Shown here piece by piece: positions 9,689-20,886 of a stretch of 64,000 nucleotides of DNA. A program made the translations under genes and the position numbers. The stretch is taken from assembly GCA_965203035.1 (NCBI GenBank), contig OZ241858.1:2347685-2411684 (forward strand), written 5' to 3'. The first letter of the stretch is position 1, and each line of letters opens with the position of its first letter. Origin of the DNA: Candidatus Spongiisocius sp. Lineage in GTDB: Bacteria; Actinomycetota; Acidimicrobiia; Spongiisociales; Spongiisociaceae. The notes below the pieces were generated by a model, which was given only the letters and a program-made list of their open reading frames with translations, did not search any database and was not told the origin of the DNA.

Positions 9689-10168
9689 TCAGTCCGGCTG
9701 TGGCAGTTGCTCCGTGTAGACCTCGTCCAACTGCCGGCCGCTCACAGCGTCGAGCCTTACCAGGGCCCGGAACAGAGGTGGGTTCTCCGCCGAGTAGAGG
9801 ACGAGGTTCCAGACCGGGCGTGACCGCCCTCCCTCGAACCCGAGTGCCGCCGAGGCGTGGCCCACCGCGAACGGGGACAGGGATGCAGCCATGCCCAGCG
9901 CCTGCTCCTGGCCTACCGCCAGCGGCCAGGCCGTGCGGTAATGGAGATAGGCGAGGGCCAGCAGCCCGATCGCGACCACCCAGAGGCCGGTACCGAGGTT
10001 GGCCAGCGCTCCGAGCGCGGCCAGCAGACCTGCGGTCACGTAGATACGGGCGCCGATCCGGCGGCGGGCCGGCGAGGGGAACCGGTACGGACCCAACTGT
10101 CCGGAATCGAGATCGTCCGGGACTCCCGCCGCCTCGGCGACTTCGGCGGGAATGCGGATCCCGTCCAT
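9689..10168 (-). CDS. Hypothetical membrane protein (about 159 aa)
   Basis: ATG at 10168 coupled to the gltA stop; two hydrophobic helices; C-terminal part of ORF 9689..10930. Confidence 0.7.
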   Translation of the reverse strand: MDGIRIPAEVAEAAGVPDDLDSGQLGPYRFPSPARRRIGARIYVTAGLLAALGALANLGTGLWVVAIGLLALAYLHYRTAWPLAVGQEQALGMAASLSPFAVGHASAALGFEGGRSRPVWNLVLYSAENPPLFRALVRLDAVSGRQLDEVYTEQLPQPD

Positions 10169-11448
10169 CAACGCTCCGCCGGAGACGGGTAGTCCCGCTG
10201 CGGGTAGCCGGTGTAGATCTGGCGCGGGCGCTTGAGCGGAGCGCTCGACGACTCCCTCATCTCCCGCAGCTGCGCCAGCCATCCCGGTAGCCGCCCCAGG
10301 GCGAACAGCACCGTGAACATCTCGCTGGGGAAGCCCATCGCCTGGTAGATGATGCCCGAGTAGTAGTCCACGTTGGGATAGATGCGCCGTTTGATGAAGA
10401 ACTCGTCCGCCAAGGCCTCCTGCTCCAACCTGGACGCCAGGTCCAGCAGGGGATTGCTCTGATGATCGAGCAGGGCGCGTGCGTGGCGCTTGATGATCTG
10501 CGCTCGGGGATCGAAATTCCGGTAGACCCGGTGGCCGAAGCCCATGAGCCGGAAGGGGTCGTTCCGGTCCTTCGCCCGGTCCAGGAACAGCCCGGTGTCG
10601 CCACCGGCCGCATGGATGTCCTCCAGCATCTCGATGACCCGCTGGTTGGCGCCACCGTGAAGGGGGCCGGACAGCGCCAGGACGCCGGCGCATATCGAGG
10701 AGAACAGGTCGGTCTGCCCGGAGCCGACCAGCCGGACCGCCGAGGTGGAGAGGTTCTGGCCGTGGTCGGCATGGAGAATCAGCAAGGCCTCCATCGCCCG
10801 GACATGGGCCGGGTTGAGCTGGTAGCCCGCGCTGCCGGAATTGAAGGTCATGTTGAGGAAGTCGGCCACGTAGCCCAGGCCGGGGTCGGGATCGATGTAG
10901 ACCCGATCCTGATCGCTGCGATGCGACCACGCCACCAGCGCCGGCATCATCGCCACCAGGCGGATAGCGCCCAGACGGTTGGCCTCCACCGATCCCGCTC
11001 CTCCCGTATCCGGGAAGTAGGCGCCCAGCAGGGCGATAGCGGTGGCGATCTTCTGCATCGGATGGGTACCGGCCGGAAGCCCCTCCAGGATGTTCTCGAA
11101 CCCCTCGGGCAGGGCGCGGTGCTCGGCTATCCGGCCCTCGAAAGCCGCCATCTGTTCGGAGGTGGGCAGCTCGCCCCTGTCGAGGAGGTAAACCACCTCC
11201 AGGAACGTGGAGTTCTCGACCAACTGGCCCACCGGGTAACCGCGGTAGCGGAGAATCCCTGCCTCGCCGTCGATGAACGACACCGCGCTGCTGGTTTCGG
11301 CGGTGTTCCCGTACCCGGGATCGAGCGTGACCATTCCGGTAGCCGCCCGGAGGCCCCGGATGTCCAGCGCCCGTTCGCCCTCTGTGCCCGATGCGATCGC
11401 TACGTCAATCGCATCCTCACCATCGACCCGGATGGTTGCCTTATCCAT
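10168..11448 (-). CDS. gltA: Citrate synthase (type II)
   Basis: GILRYRGY, LHADHGQN, GPLHGGAN, LMGFGHRVY, YPNVDYYSG. Confidence 0.96.
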   Translation of the reverse strand: MDKATIRVDGEDAIDVAIASGTEGERALDIRGLRAATGMVTLDPGYGNTAETSSAVSFIDGEAGILRYRGYPVGQLVENSTFLEVVYLLDRGELPTSEQMAAFEGRIAEHRALPEGFENILEGLPAGTHPMQKIATAIALLGAYFPDTGGAGSVEANRLGAIRLVAMMPALVAWSHRSDQDRVYIDPDPGLGYVADFLNMTFNSGSAGYQLNPAHVRAMEALLILHADHGQNLSTSAVRLVGSGQTDLFSSICAGVLALSGPLHGGANQRVIEMLEDIHAAGGDTGLFLDRAKDRNDPFRLMGFGHRVYRNFDPRAQIIKRHARALLDHQSNPLLDLASRLEQEALADEFFIKRRIYPNVDYYSGIIYQAMGFPSEMFTVLFALGRLPGWLAQLREMRESSSAPLKRPRQIYTGYPQRDYPSPAER

Positions 11449-11467
11449 GAGCTGTGCTGGTCCCTCC

Positions 11468-13516
11468 CTACTCGGACTCGGCCTTGGCCGCCGCCACCAC
11501 CCGCTGCACCTCCTGCGGGGGAGCAGGCTCGTAGCGGGCGAACTCGATGTCGAACGATCCACGCCCTCCGGTCATCGACCGCAGGTCCACGGAGTAACGC
11601 TGCACCTCGGCCATCGGGACTTCCGCTGTCAGGACCCGGCTCCGTCCATCGGCGTCCATCCCGAGCACCCGCCCCCGCTTGGCATTGATGTCACCGATCA
11701 CGTCGCCCATGTAGTCCTCAGGCACCCGGACGGTGACAACGGCGATGGGTTCGAGGATGGTAGCCCGCAGGTCGGAGGTCGCTGCCCGGACGGCCATGAT
11801 CCCCGCCATCCGGAAGCTGAGCTCATCCGAGTCGACCGAATGGAACTTGCCGTCGTAAACGGTGGCCCGGACATCGATGACGGGGTAGCCGGCCAGGATG
11901 CCCCGCACGAGGGCCTCCCGGATCCCCTTGTCGACCGCCGGAATGAGACTCCGCGGAATGGAGCCGCCCTTGATCTGATCCACGAACTCGTAACCCTGGC
12001 CCCGCTGGTTGGGCTCGAACCTCACGTAGGCGACACCGAACTGGCCCCGCCCGCCCGACTGCTTCTTGTGCTTGCCCTCCACGTCGGCCCGCCCCTGGAT
12101 GGTCTCCCGGTAGGGAATGCGCGGCACACCGGTGTCGACCTCGACTCCGAAACGCCGCGCGACCTTGGCCAGCGTGACGCTGACATGTGCCTCCCCGAGA
12201 CCCGAGAGGACCGTCTCGCTGGTCTCGGCGCGACGCTCCACCAAGATGGTGGGGTCCTCCTCCTGGACGCGGGCCAGAGCGGTGGAGAGCTTGTCCTCAT
12301 CCTGGGTGGAGCGGGGCGACACGGTCACCTCGTGCACCGGGCGGGGGACGCGGACCGGTGAGATCTCGGTGTCGCATCCGGGGGTCCGAAGCGTGTCGCC
12401 CACCCGCAGGTTGTCGAGTTTGGCCACCGAGCCGATGGAACCCACGGTCGCCACCGGCAACCCGGCGTGGTCCTTGCCCTGGAGTGAGAAGAGGCTGGAC
12501 ATCTTGAGCTTGTCCCCGCCCGGGTTCTCGAGGATCGTGTCGGGCTTGAACGAGCCCGAGAAGACCCGGAAGGTATTGACCCGGCCCACGTACTGATCGC
12601 CTGATGTCTTGAAGGTGTAGGCCACCGCCGGGGCGTCGACGTCGGCCGCCAACTCGCCGCTCAAAGTGGCCGGCATGGTCCGCTCAAGAGGATCGGGTCC
12701 GAAGTCCACCATGAACTCGGCCAGGGTGTCGATTCCCACCAGGGTTCCGGCCGAACCCACCAGCACCGGGAAGATCTCCCCCTCCAGCATCCCGTCGTGG
12801 ATGACCTCCACCATCCGCTCGGCAGACGGTTCCTCGCCCTCGAAGTAGGCCTCCAGCAGGTCGTCGTCGGTCTCCACCACCGATTCGACCAGGGCCGAAC
12901 GGGTCTCCTCGAAGGTGTCCGCGACCTCGGGCGGAACGTCGACCGGAGTGCCCTCCGTCCGGCCCGACCCGTACCGGTAGGCGCGGCCCGACACCAACCG
13001 GACCACCCCGCTCAGGCTCTGCTCCTCACCGACGGGAATCTGGATGGGAGCGATACGCTTGCCGAAAGACTCGACGAGCTCGTCCAGCGTGCGGGAGAAC
13101 GAGGCGCGGTCCCTGTCGAGCTTGTTGACGAAGACCACCCGGGGGATACCCTCCAGGCGGGCGGCCTCCCACAGGATCTCGGTCTGCACCTCGACGCCGT
13201 CGACGGCGGAGACCACGAAGACAGCCAGGTCCACGGCTCGCAGCGCCGCCAGCGCCTCCCCCACGAAATCGGCGTACCCGGGGGTGTCGATGAGGTTGAC
13301 CCGGGTCCCGTTGTGATCGAAGGACGCCACTCCGATCCCCAGCGAGCCCTGTCTCTCGATCTCCTCGGGCTCGTGATCCATGACCGTGTTGCCGGCATCG
13401 ACGGAGCCGATGCGGTTGATCTCGCCGGCGTTGAAGAGGAGAGCTTCTGCCACAGAGGTCTTGCCGGAACCTCCATGGCCGAACAGGCCCACATTTCGAA
13501 TGTTCTCCGGTCGCAT
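11468..13516 (-). CDS. Elongation factor G-like protein (EF-G2/FusA2 type)
   Basis: GHGGSGKT (not the canonical AHIDAGKT), DTPG, NKLD, KKQSGGRGQFG, HSVDS. Confidence 0.92.
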   Translation of the reverse strand: MRPENIRNVGLFGHGGSGKTSVAEALLFNAGEINRIGSVDAGNTVMDHEPEEIERQGSLGIGVASFDHNGTRVNLIDTPGYADFVGEALAALRAVDLAVFVVSAVDGVEVQTEILWEAARLEGIPRVVFVNKLDRDRASFSRTLDELVESFGKRIAPIQIPVGEEQSLSGVVRLVSGRAYRYGSGRTEGTPVDVPPEVADTFEETRSALVESVVETDDDLLEAYFEGEEPSAERMVEVIHDGMLEGEIFPVLVGSAGTLVGIDTLAEFMVDFGPDPLERTMPATLSGELAADVDAPAVAYTFKTSGDQYVGRVNTFRVFSGSFKPDTILENPGGDKLKMSSLFSLQGKDHAGLPVATVGSIGSVAKLDNLRVGDTLRTPGCDTEISPVRVPRPVHEVTVSPRSTQDEDKLSTALARVQEEDPTILVERRAETSETVLSGLGEAHVSVTLAKVARRFGVEVDTGVPRIPYRETIQGRADVEGKHKKQSGGRGQFGVAYVRFEPNQRGQGYEFVDQIKGGSIPRSLIPAVDKGIREALVRGILAGYPVIDVRATVYDGKFHSVDSDELSFRMAGIMAVRAATSDLRATILEPIAVVTVRVPEDYMGDVIGDINAKRGRVLGMDADGRSRVLTAEVPMAEVQRYSVDLRSMTGGRGSFDIEFARYEPAPPQEVQRVVAAAKAESE

Positions 13517-13604
13517 CCTCCTCCGCTTCCTTGTCGGGCATCCGAGTGTAGGCAATCATACGATGCTTGCCGTCTGTGGTACCTTCCCCACGAGAGGAGC
13601 CGCC

Positions 13605-14204
13605 GTGATCGAAGTCTGGGCCCGCGGGCATGTCGAAAGAGTGGTGGCTCCGATCGGCCGTACCCTGGCCCGCATCGGGGTGCGGCCCGCCCACCTGACC
13701 GTGACCGGGCTGGTGGTCACCCTGGCCGGATCGATCCTGCTGGCCAACGGAGCCGTGGTGGCCGGCGCCCTGGTGATCCTGGGCGGTTCGGCCCTCGACG
13801 GGCTGGACGGGTCGGTTGCCCGGGCCTCGGGATCGGATTCGCCGCGGGGGGCGCTGCTCGACTCCGTGTTCGACCGGATCGGCGAGACGGCCATGTTCGC
13901 GGCTTGCTCCTTCTGGCTCACGTCCCGGCTGTCGCCCCAGGAAGGGGACCCCGCCCTCGTGGTCCTCTGCGTCCTGAGCCTGGGCGCCTCGCTGGTCATC
14001 TCGTACCTCCGCGCCAAGGCCGACATCGGGCGGGTCGAGGGTCGGGGCGGCCTGATGGGCCGCGCCGAGCGCGTCATCCTCTTTGCGGCCGGGTTCCTCT
14101 TCGATCAGGTCTCGGTCATGCTGTGGCTGATGGCCATCCTCACCTGGCTAACCGTCTTCCAGCGGTTCTTCAAGACCTGGCGGCAGCTGTCACCGGGTGA
14201 CTGA
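13605..14204 (+). CDS. pgsA: Phosphatidylinositol(-phosphate) synthase, CDP-alcohol phosphatidyltransferase
   Basis: DGLDGSVAR..GALLDSVFDR motif; synteny with patA/pimA; RBS GAGGAG before GTG 13605. Confidence 0.9.
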   Translation: MIEVWARGHVERVVAPIGRTLARIGVRPAHLTVTGLVVTLAGSILLANGAVVAGALVILGGSALDGLDGSVARASGSDSPRGALLDSVFDRIGETAMFAACSFWLTSRLSPQEGDPALVVLCVLSLGASLVISYLRAKADIGRVEGRGGLMGRAERVILFAAGFLFDQVSVMLWLMAILTWLTVFQRFFKTWRQLSPGD

Positions 14205-15105
14205 CCTGCTCACCTACCTGGCCTACCGGGCAGGCGCGGGGATCTTCGGAGCTCTCCCCGAACCGATCATCCGCCGCCTGGGCGGCTGGGCGGGCAGTCT
14301 CTGCTGGTTCTGGGCCCGGGAGCGCAAGGCCATGGCGATCCGGCACATGGGAAGGGTGCTCGGCCGGAGCGACGACGCCCGGGCGGTGGAGCGGGCGGCC
14401 CGGGACGTGTTCAGCGCCTACGGTCGCTACTGGGCGGAGACGCTCTGGTTCCGGCCGCGGCGGGCGGAGGCGGTGAGGTCGCGGGTGACGCTGGTCGGGC
14501 TGGAACACGTCCGGGCCGCCCAGGAGTCCGGGAGACCGATCGTCGCGGCGCTTCCCCACGTGGGCAACTGGGAGTTGGCGGGTACGCTGGCGGAGGATGC
14601 GGGGGTCCGGATCACCGCCGTAGCGGAGGCGCTGGCCAACCGCCGGCTGGCCCGATGGTTCGTCGACCTGCGGGCCCGGCTCGGCATCCGGGTGGTGCTG
14701 GCGGAAGGCCTGTCCACGATGCGGGCGCTGCGGAACGACATGCTGGAGGGACGCGTCATCGCGCTGGTCGCCGACCGCAACATCGGGGGCCGCGGCGTGG
14801 AAGTGGAGTTCTTCGGTGAGAGGACCACCCTGCCGGCCGGCCCGGCCGCCCTGGCGATCCGCAACGATGCGGTCCTGCTCCCCGTGGTCTCCTACTTCAA
14901 GCGGGGTGCGGGTCACCGGGTGGTGGTGCACGCTCCCATCGAGGACCCCGGCCCGGAGGACAGGAACCGGATGGCCGGCATCACCCAGCGGCTGGCGCAC
15001 CGGTACGAGGACATGATCCGGGAAGCACCCACCCAATGGCACCTGGTGCAGCCCAACTGGCCGTCCGACCACGACTTCCTCGAACGACACGGAGGGGATG
15101 CGTGA
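14197..15105 (+). CDS. patA: Phosphatidylinositol mannoside acyltransferase
   Basis: PHVGNWE, LVADR, VEFFGE, PTQWHLVQPNW; lies between pgsA and pimA. Confidence 0.88.
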   Translation: MTDLLTYLAYRAGAGIFGALPEPIIRRLGGWAGSLCWFWARERKAMAIRHMGRVLGRSDDARAVERAARDVFSAYGRYWAETLWFRPRRAEAVRSRVTLVGLEHVRAAQESGRPIVAALPHVGNWELAGTLAEDAGVRITAVAEALANRRLARWFVDLRARLGIRVVLAEGLSTMRALRNDMLEGRVIALVADRNIGGRGVEVEFFGERTTLPAGPAALAIRNDAVLLPVVSYFKRGAGHRVVVHAPIEDPGPEDRNRMAGITQRLAHRYEDMIREAPTQWHLVQPNWPSDHDFLERHGGDA

Positions 15106-16145
15106 AGGTCGCCGTGATCTCCCCGTACGCCCTGAACATCCCGGGGGGCGTCCAGCAGCAGGTCCTCGGGCTGGTCGAGCATCTCCGGCGACAGGGCCAG
15201 CAAGCGATCGCGGTGGCTCCGGCGGCCGGCTCCGGCGCCGACCGTGCGGACGCTGGCCGCTCGCTCATGTTTCCGGTCAACCGCTCCCGCGCGCCCATCG
15301 CCCTGTCGCCGATGGTCGTCCGCCGGGTGCGGGCCGCCGTGGCGGGCGCCGACGTGGTCCACGTACACGAGCCGATGGTTCCCCTGGCCGGCTGGGCGGC
15401 GCTCCGGACCGGGCGACCCACCGTGGTCACTTTCCACGCCGATCCATCTCCCATGTTCCGCGCCGCGTACCGGTGGGGGAGGAGCGCGGTGCGGCTGCTG
15501 CTGGGCGATGTCGTGGCTACCGCGGTTAGCCGCACCGCCCGGCGCGCCGTCGAGCCCCTCGGTCTCGACGTGATGGAGATCCCCAACGCAGTCGATGTGT
15601 CTTCGTTCAGGGTCGAGACGCCGCGCGACCCTCGCCGGCTGGCCTTCGTGGGCCGGCCCGACCCCCGTAAGGGCCGGGATCTGCTGCTATCCGCATGGCC
15701 GGCCGTGCGTTCCGAGATTCCGGATGCGCGGTTGGTGATGGTCGGTGGGGGAGACTCGCCCCGGATCGAGGGCGTCGACTACCTCGGGCGGGTGTCCGAG
15801 GCCGAGAAGCGCTCGGTCCTGGCCGGAAGCGGCGTGTTCTGCGCTCCCAACCGGGGTGGCGAGAGCTTTGGAATAACCGTTGCGGAGGGCATGGCGGCGG
15901 GATGCGCGGTGGTGGCCAGCGACCTGGCCGCATTCGAGGACGTCCTCGGCGGGACGGGCCTCCTGTTCAGGAACGGCGACCCGGCCGGTCTGGCCGGCGC
16001 CCTCAAGGCGGTGCTGGCCGATCCGGCCCTGCGCGAACGCCTGGCGAAGGGGTCGTCAGCCCGGGTCGAAAGGTACGACTGGGGGCAGGTGATCTCCCGG
16101 TACACCGACCTGTACCGCATGGTCGCCGGGGCGCACGCCGGATAG
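15102..16145 (+). CDS. pimA: GT4 phosphatidyl-myo-inositol alpha-mannosyltransferase
   Basis: SPYALNIPGGVQ, HVHEP, GESFGITVAEGMAAG; synteny. Confidence 0.88.
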   Translation: MKVAVISPYALNIPGGVQQQVLGLVEHLRRQGQQAIAVAPAAGSGADRADAGRSLMFPVNRSRAPIALSPMVVRRVRAAVAGADVVHVHEPMVPLAGWAALRTGRPTVVTFHADPSPMFRAAYRWGRSAVRLLLGDVVATAVSRTARRAVEPLGLDVMEIPNAVDVSSFRVETPRDPRRLAFVGRPDPRKGRDLLLSAWPAVRSEIPDARLVMVGGGDSPRIEGVDYLGRVSEAEKRSVLAGSGVFCAPNRGGESFGITVAEGMAAGCAVVASDLAAFEDVLGGTGLLFRNGDPAGLAGALKAVLADPALRERLAKGSSARVERYDWGQVISRYTDLYRMVAGAHAG

Positions 16146-16221
16146 CAGAATAGGTTGCGTTGGGGGTTGGACCCGGTAGAATATTCTTGATAGTTGGTAC
16201 TATTGAAAGGACGAAATCGCC

Positions 16222-17124
16222 ATGGAACAGGGTACCAAGGCGGAGACGACCGGCACGCTGCGGGTGAAGCGTGGACTGGCCGAGATGCTCAAGGGTGGCG
16301 TGATCATGGATGTCGTCAACGCGGAGCAGGCGTCCATCGCCGAGGAATCCGGGGCGGTGGCGGTCATGGCGCTGGAGCGGGTACCCGCCGATATCCGGGC
16401 CCACGGGGGAGTGGCCCGTATGGCCGATCCGAGCAAGGTCGACGAGATCATCGACGCGGTCTCGATTCCGGTCATGGCCAAGGCCCGCATCGGACACTTC
16501 GTGGAGGCGCAGGTGCTCCAGAGCCTCGGCGTCGACTACATCGACGAGTCCGAGGTTCTAACCCCGGCGGACAGTCACCACCACATCGACAAGTGGGCAT
16601 TCACCACGCCGTTCGTGTGCGGCGCCCGCAACCTCGGGGAGGCGCTGCGCCGCATCGCGGAGGGCGCCGCCATGATCCGCACGAAGGGGGAGCCGGGCAC
16701 GGGCAACGTGGTCGAGGCCGTCACCCATATGCGGCGGATGAACCGCGAGATCGCCCAGGCGGCCGCGGCCGGTGACGATCAACTGATGGCGCTGGCTCGC
16801 GACATGGGAGCCCCGATCGAACTGCTGCGGGAGGTGGCCGGGTCGGGCAGCCTGCCGGTAGTCAACTTCGCCGCCGGGGGTATCGCCACGCCCTCGGACG
16901 CCGCCATGATGATGCAGCTGGGATGCGACGGCGTATTCGTGGGTTCGGGAATCTTCAAGAGCGGCGACCCGGCGGTCCGGGCCCGGGCGATCGTGGAGGC
17001 CACCACCTTCTACCGCGATCCCCAGATCGTCGCCAAGGTGTCCCGCAACCTCGGCGAGGCCATGGTCGGGATCGAGATCGACGACATTCCCGCCGGCCAG
17101 CGGATGCAGGAGCGAGGCTGGTAG
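16222..17124 (+). CDS. pdxS: Pyridoxal 5'-phosphate synthase lyase subunit
   Basis: [29 protein letters not shown]. Confidence 0.97.
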   Translation: MEQGTKAETTGTLRVKRGLAEMLKGGVIMDVVNAEQASIAEESGAVAVMALERVPADIRAHGGVARMADPSKVDEIIDAVSIPVMAKARIGHFVEAQVLQSLGVDYIDESEVLTPADSHHHIDKWAFTTPFVCGARNLGEALRRIAEGAAMIRTKGEPGTGNVVEAVTHMRRMNREIAQAAAAGDDQLMALARDMGAPIELLREVAGSGSLPVVNFAAGGIATPSDAAMMMQLGCDGVFVGSGIFKSGDPAVRARAIVEATTFYRDPQIVAKVSRNLGEAMVGIEIDDIPAGQRMQERGW

Positions 17125-17144
17125 ACGCCCCGCCCGAGGCGCCC

Positions 17145-17705
17145 GTGGTCGGCGTGCTCGCCCTCCAGGGAGATGTCCGCGAGCACGCCCGGATGGTGTC
17201 CGTCTCCGGTGGTATTCCCAGCGAGATCCGGATGCCCGCCGATCTGGAGGACATCGACGCCCTGATCATTCCGGGAGGGGAATCGACCGCCATCGGGCGG
17301 CTCGCCACCCTCTACGGGCTGGTCGATCCCCTCCGCGAGCGCATCTCGGACGGGCTACCCACCCTCGGAACCTGCGCCGGGATGATCCTCCTGGCCTCGG
17401 AGGTGACCGGAGGAGACCAGCCTCTGCTGGGAGCGCTCGATATGGTGGTGGAGCGGAACGCCTTCGGCCGGCAGAACGAATCGTTCGAGTGCGATCTGGC
17501 CGTGGACGGCTGGGAGGATGCGTTCCGCGCGGTCTTCATCCGGGCGCCCGTGGTGGACCGGACCGCCCCCGACATCGAGGTGCTGGCCAGCCACAACGGC
17601 CGGCCCGTGCTGGTGAGAAAGGACCATGTCATGGCGTGCGCCTTCCATCCCGAGCTCACGGGCGACCACCGGGTCCACCGGATGCTCATCGACCTCGTGG
17701 CCTAG
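17145..17705 (+). CDS. pdxT: Pyridoxal 5'-phosphate synthase glutaminase subunit (start approximate)
   Basis: GVLALQGD, PGGEST, GTCAG, RNAFGRQ, FHPE. Confidence 0.95.
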   Translation: MVGVLALQGDVREHARMVSVSGGIPSEIRMPADLEDIDALIIPGGESTAIGRLATLYGLVDPLRERISDGLPTLGTCAGMILLASEVTGGDQPLLGALDMVVERNAFGRQNESFECDLAVDGWEDAFRAVFIRAPVVDRTAPDIEVLASHNGRPVLVRKDHVMACAFHPELTGDHRVHRMLIDLVA

Positions 17706-17713
17706 GAGAGTCG

Positions 17714-18454
17714 ATGGCCGGTCATTCCAAGTGGGCGAACATCAAGCACCGCAAGGGGCGCCAGGACGCCGCGCGGGGCAACCTGTTCGCCAAGCTGTGC
17801 CGCGCGGTCGAGGCGGCAGCTCGCCATGGTGGGGGCGACCCGGCGGGTAATGCCGTACTGGCCACCGCCATCGACAAGGCCAGGTCCGCCTCGGTGCCCA
17901 AGGACAACATCGAGCGGGCCATCAAGCGCGGTACCGGGGAACTGGTGGGTGAGCGCCTGGACACGTTCTTCTACGAAGGCTACGCACCCGGGGGAGTGGC
18001 GTTGCTGGTCCAGGCGCTCACCGACAACCGCAACCGGGCGGCTTCCGACATCCGGTCCGCCTTCACACGGAATGGCGGCAACCTCGGTGAGCCGGGATCT
18101 GTCGCCTACCTGTTCGACCAGAAGGGTTACCTTCTAGTAGAAGGTGATGAAGACGAGATCCTGCTTGCTGCCCTCGAGTCGGGCGCCGAAGACGTCCGGG
18201 AGAGTGGTGACCAGTTCGAGGTGATCACCGCGCCGACCGACTTCCCGGCTGTCCGGGATGCCCTGGCGGACGCCGAACTGTCCGTGCAGACCGCCGAGAT
18301 CACCCAGATCCCGTCCACAACCATCGCGCTGGACTCTTCCGGCGCCGCCAGGGTCCTGCGCCTTGTGGACACGCTGGACGAACTGGCCGACGTGCAAGGC
18401 GTCTACGGGAACTTCGACATCCCCGACGATTACCTGGCCAGGCTCGCGGAGTAG
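17714..18454 (+). CDS. yebC: YebC/PmpR family protein
   Basis: MAGHSKWANIKHRK, YEGYAPGG, TDNRNR. Confidence 0.96.
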   Translation: MAGHSKWANIKHRKGRQDAARGNLFAKLCRAVEAAARHGGGDPAGNAVLATAIDKARSASVPKDNIERAIKRGTGELVGERLDTFFYEGYAPGGVALLVQALTDNRNRAASDIRSAFTRNGGNLGEPGSVAYLFDQKGYLLVEGDEDEILLAALESGAEDVRESGDQFEVITAPTDFPAVRDALADAELSVQTAEITQIPSTTIALDSSGAARVLRLVDTLDELADVQGVYGNFDIPDDYLARLAE

Positions 18455-18458
18455 CGGA

Positions 18459-20183
18459 TCAGACGACCACCACCTGGACGGTGTGGTAGCCGGTGGCTCC
18501 GTCCGGCCGCGGCGGGACTATCTCGGAGGTCTGGGTGGTTCCGGTCCGATCCGTGGCCCGCACCGCAATCATGTGAGAACCCGGAGTGAAGTCGTACTCG
18601 AGGTGCCACTGCCTCCACGTGTCGATGGCGAGCTCCTCGGGCAGGGTGGCCTCCATCCACGGCCCGTCATCGACCCGGACCTCGACCATGTCGATCCCAA
18701 GATTCTGGGCCCAGGCCACCCCGGCAATGGCCTGGGTGCCGGCCTCGACGGTGCCCGGGCGAGGCGTGTCGATACGTGACTGCGTCTTGATCGGCGCCTC
18801 CTTGGCCCAACCTCGTGGTATCCAGTAGGCGTCGAAGTCCTCCCACCGGGCGAATTCGACCTCGGACAGCCACTTGGTGGCGGAGACGTACCCGTACAGT
18901 CCGGAGACCACCAGTCGGGCGGGGAAGCCGTGCCTGACCGGAAGGGGCTCCCCGTTCATGCCGATGGCCAGCAGCGCTTCCCGTCCGTCGAACACCGCGG
19001 CAGTGGGGAAGCCGACCGTGAAACGATCGACCGAACGACCGATCAACTGCGTGCCTTCGGGCTGGACCCCGGCCTGCTCCACCAGGTCCTTCAGGGGGAC
19101 GCCGAGCCACTTGGCGTTGCCGATCAGCTCGCCACCCACGGAATTGGATACGCAGCAGATCGTGATGTAGCGCTCCACCATGGGAAGGGACACCAGCTCG
19201 TCATAGGTGAGGCTGAAGGGTGAGTCGACCAGTCCGGTGAAGCTGACCTCCCAGCTGTCGATGTCGACGTTAGGGATGCTGAGGGCGGTGTCGATCCGGT
19301 AGAAGGTCTCGTTGGGCGTGATCAACTCCGACACCCCGTCCACCGCAGCGATCTGGGCGGGAGTCGGATCGGCCACGGTGCGGACCACCTCCATCTCGGC
19401 CTGCGTAGTGGTCGTGGTCTCCGCCACCGCGGCCTCTTCGACTGCTGCCCCGGTGGTGGCCGACGCGGTGGTAGCGGTGGTACTCGCGGCGGCGGCGGTG
19501 GTCGAGGGTGAGGCGGCCACCGTGGGCAGGGTGACCTGTTCCCGGGCCGCTACCGCCGACTGCGTCCGGCCCGAAGCGATCCGTCCCACCACCACCTGGC
19601 CGATGGCCAGCACCACTGCGGCGCCCGAGGCGGTCACGAAGGTCCGCCGGGAGTCCGGAGTCACGCCGGGGACCGGGTCGGCAGACCCGGTGGCAGGTCC
19701 CTGGAGGAGACGGCAGAGCAGGACCAGCACCGCGATGCCGCTCCCGGCCGCAGCGATGGCCGGGATGAGGGTGGCCCCGGCGGTGGCCAGCGGATCGGTA
19801 ATTCCCAGTGCGAAGCCAAGCACGCCGAAGGCTATGAACCCGACAGCGGCCACCTGCATGCGCTTGCGGGCCACCACGCCCAGCAGGCCGCCGATGAGGA
19901 TCGTCACCACCACGATCCCTCCGATCAGGACCGCCTTGTCGTTGGTGCCGAAGACGGCGATGGCCCAGTCCTTGAGGGCGGCGGGTGTGATGTCGATGAA
20001 CCTCTGCCCGATGGTCAGCACCAGGGACGGCGCCGACACGAAGAAGGAGGCGAGCATCTCGGACAGGGCCACGGCGAACCCGGTCGCCACCAACCCGGCG
20101 AGGAAGTAGTCCCTGGTCGATCTCCATCCGCCCGGGGGAGGGTTGGCGGATGATCCGGTTGTTCGGTCCGTTCCTTGGTCCAT
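18459..20183 (-). CDS. Membrane-anchored sulfite-oxidase-family molybdopterin oxidoreductase
   Basis: N-terminal TM helices, SRRTF, FYRIDT, CVSN (Mo-Cys), [16 protein letters not shown]. Confidence 0.9.
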   Translation of the reverse strand: MDQGTDRTTGSSANPPPGGWRSTRDYFLAGLVATGFAVALSEMLASFFVSAPSLVLTIGQRFIDITPAALKDWAIAVFGTNDKAVLIGGIVVVTILIGGLLGVVARKRMQVAAVGFIAFGVLGFALGITDPLATAGATLIPAIAAAGSGIAVLVLLCRLLQGPATGSADPVPGVTPDSRRTFVTASGAAVVLAIGQVVVGRIASGRTQSAVAAREQVTLPTVAASPSTTAAAASTTATTASATTGAAVEEAAVAETTTTTQAEMEVVRTVADPTPAQIAAVDGVSELITPNETFYRIDTALSIPNVDIDSWEVSFTGLVDSPFSLTYDELVSLPMVERYITICCVSNSVGGELIGNAKWLGVPLKDLVEQAGVQPEGTQLIGRSVDRFTVGFPTAAVFDGREALLAIGMNGEPLPVRHGFPARLVVSGLYGYVSATKWLSEVEFARWEDFDAYWIPRGWAKEAPIKTQSRIDTPRPGTVEAGTQAIAGVAWAQNLGIDMVEVRVDDGPWMEATLPEELAIDTWRQWHLEYDFTPGSHMIAVRATDRTGTTQTSEIVPPRPDGATGYHTVQVVVV

Positions 20184-20389
20184 CGTTCAGACTCCATCCG
20201 GTCGGGTTAGGATCGGCGCGACAGGGAGTCTGCGGATCGTCCCGACTGAGCGTGTGTGTTCAGTTGCCACTGGACAAGGATAGGGTCTTCAAAACCGCTA
20301 TCGGGCTCGGACACCCGGTCCGGGCCGGCCATGTGGCCCCGCCTGTTGCGGTTGGAAACCAGCGCTACCAAGGGAAAGGAACCGGAAGA

Positions 20390-20803
20390 ATGACCTCGAC
20401 CCCGAGCGAAGCAGTCACCATCCCGCAGACCGAGGAGGAGTGGCGGGACAAGCTGACCCCGATGCAGTATCAAGTAGCGCGGGAAGCAGGCACCGAGCGG
20501 GCCTTCAGCGGTGAGTACTGGAACACCAAGGACGCCGGTACCTACATGTGCGTCGGCTGCGGCGTCCCGTTGTTCCGCAGCGAGGCCAAGTACGACTCCG
20601 GGACCGGCTGGCCCAGCTTCTACGAAGCGGTCGACGGAGCGCCGGTAGAGGAGCGCCACGACTACAGCTACGGCATGGTTCGCACCGAGGTCGTGTGCAG
20701 CAAGTGCGATTCCCATCTGGGCCACGTCTTCCCGGACGGCCCTCAACCGACCGGCCAGCGCTACTGCATGAACTCGGCCTCGCTCGACCTCGAACGAGAC
20801 TAA
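20390..20803 (+). CDS. msrB: Peptide-methionine (R)-S-oxide reductase
   Basis: GTERAF, CxxC pairs, [21 protein letters not shown]. Confidence 0.96.
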   Translation: MTSTPSEAVTIPQTEEEWRDKLTPMQYQVAREAGTERAFSGEYWNTKDAGTYMCVGCGVPLFRSEAKYDSGTGWPSFYEAVDGAPVEERHDYSYGMVRTEVVCSKCDSHLGHVFPDGPQPTGQRYCMNSASLDLERD

Positions 20804-20854
20804 CCCGCCCGGCTTCCCCATCCCGGCAACCCACGGTTGCTGTCCGGATAGGGG

Positions 20855-20883
20855 TTGAAAATGTCACAGGGTCGTTGTACGTT
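20855..20883 (+). promoter_or_regulatory. Sigma-A-like promoter overlapping a PafBC/RecA-NDp-like motif
   Basis: TTGAAA-N17-TACGTT with extended TG; also TGTCAC-N10-TACGTT. Confidence 0.6.
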
Positions 20884-20886
20884 GTT

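Noticed and set aside
19400-19520. Repetitive GTGGT/GCGGT sequence
   Set aside because: Encodes the Thr/Ala-rich linker of the molybdoenzyme; not a separate element.
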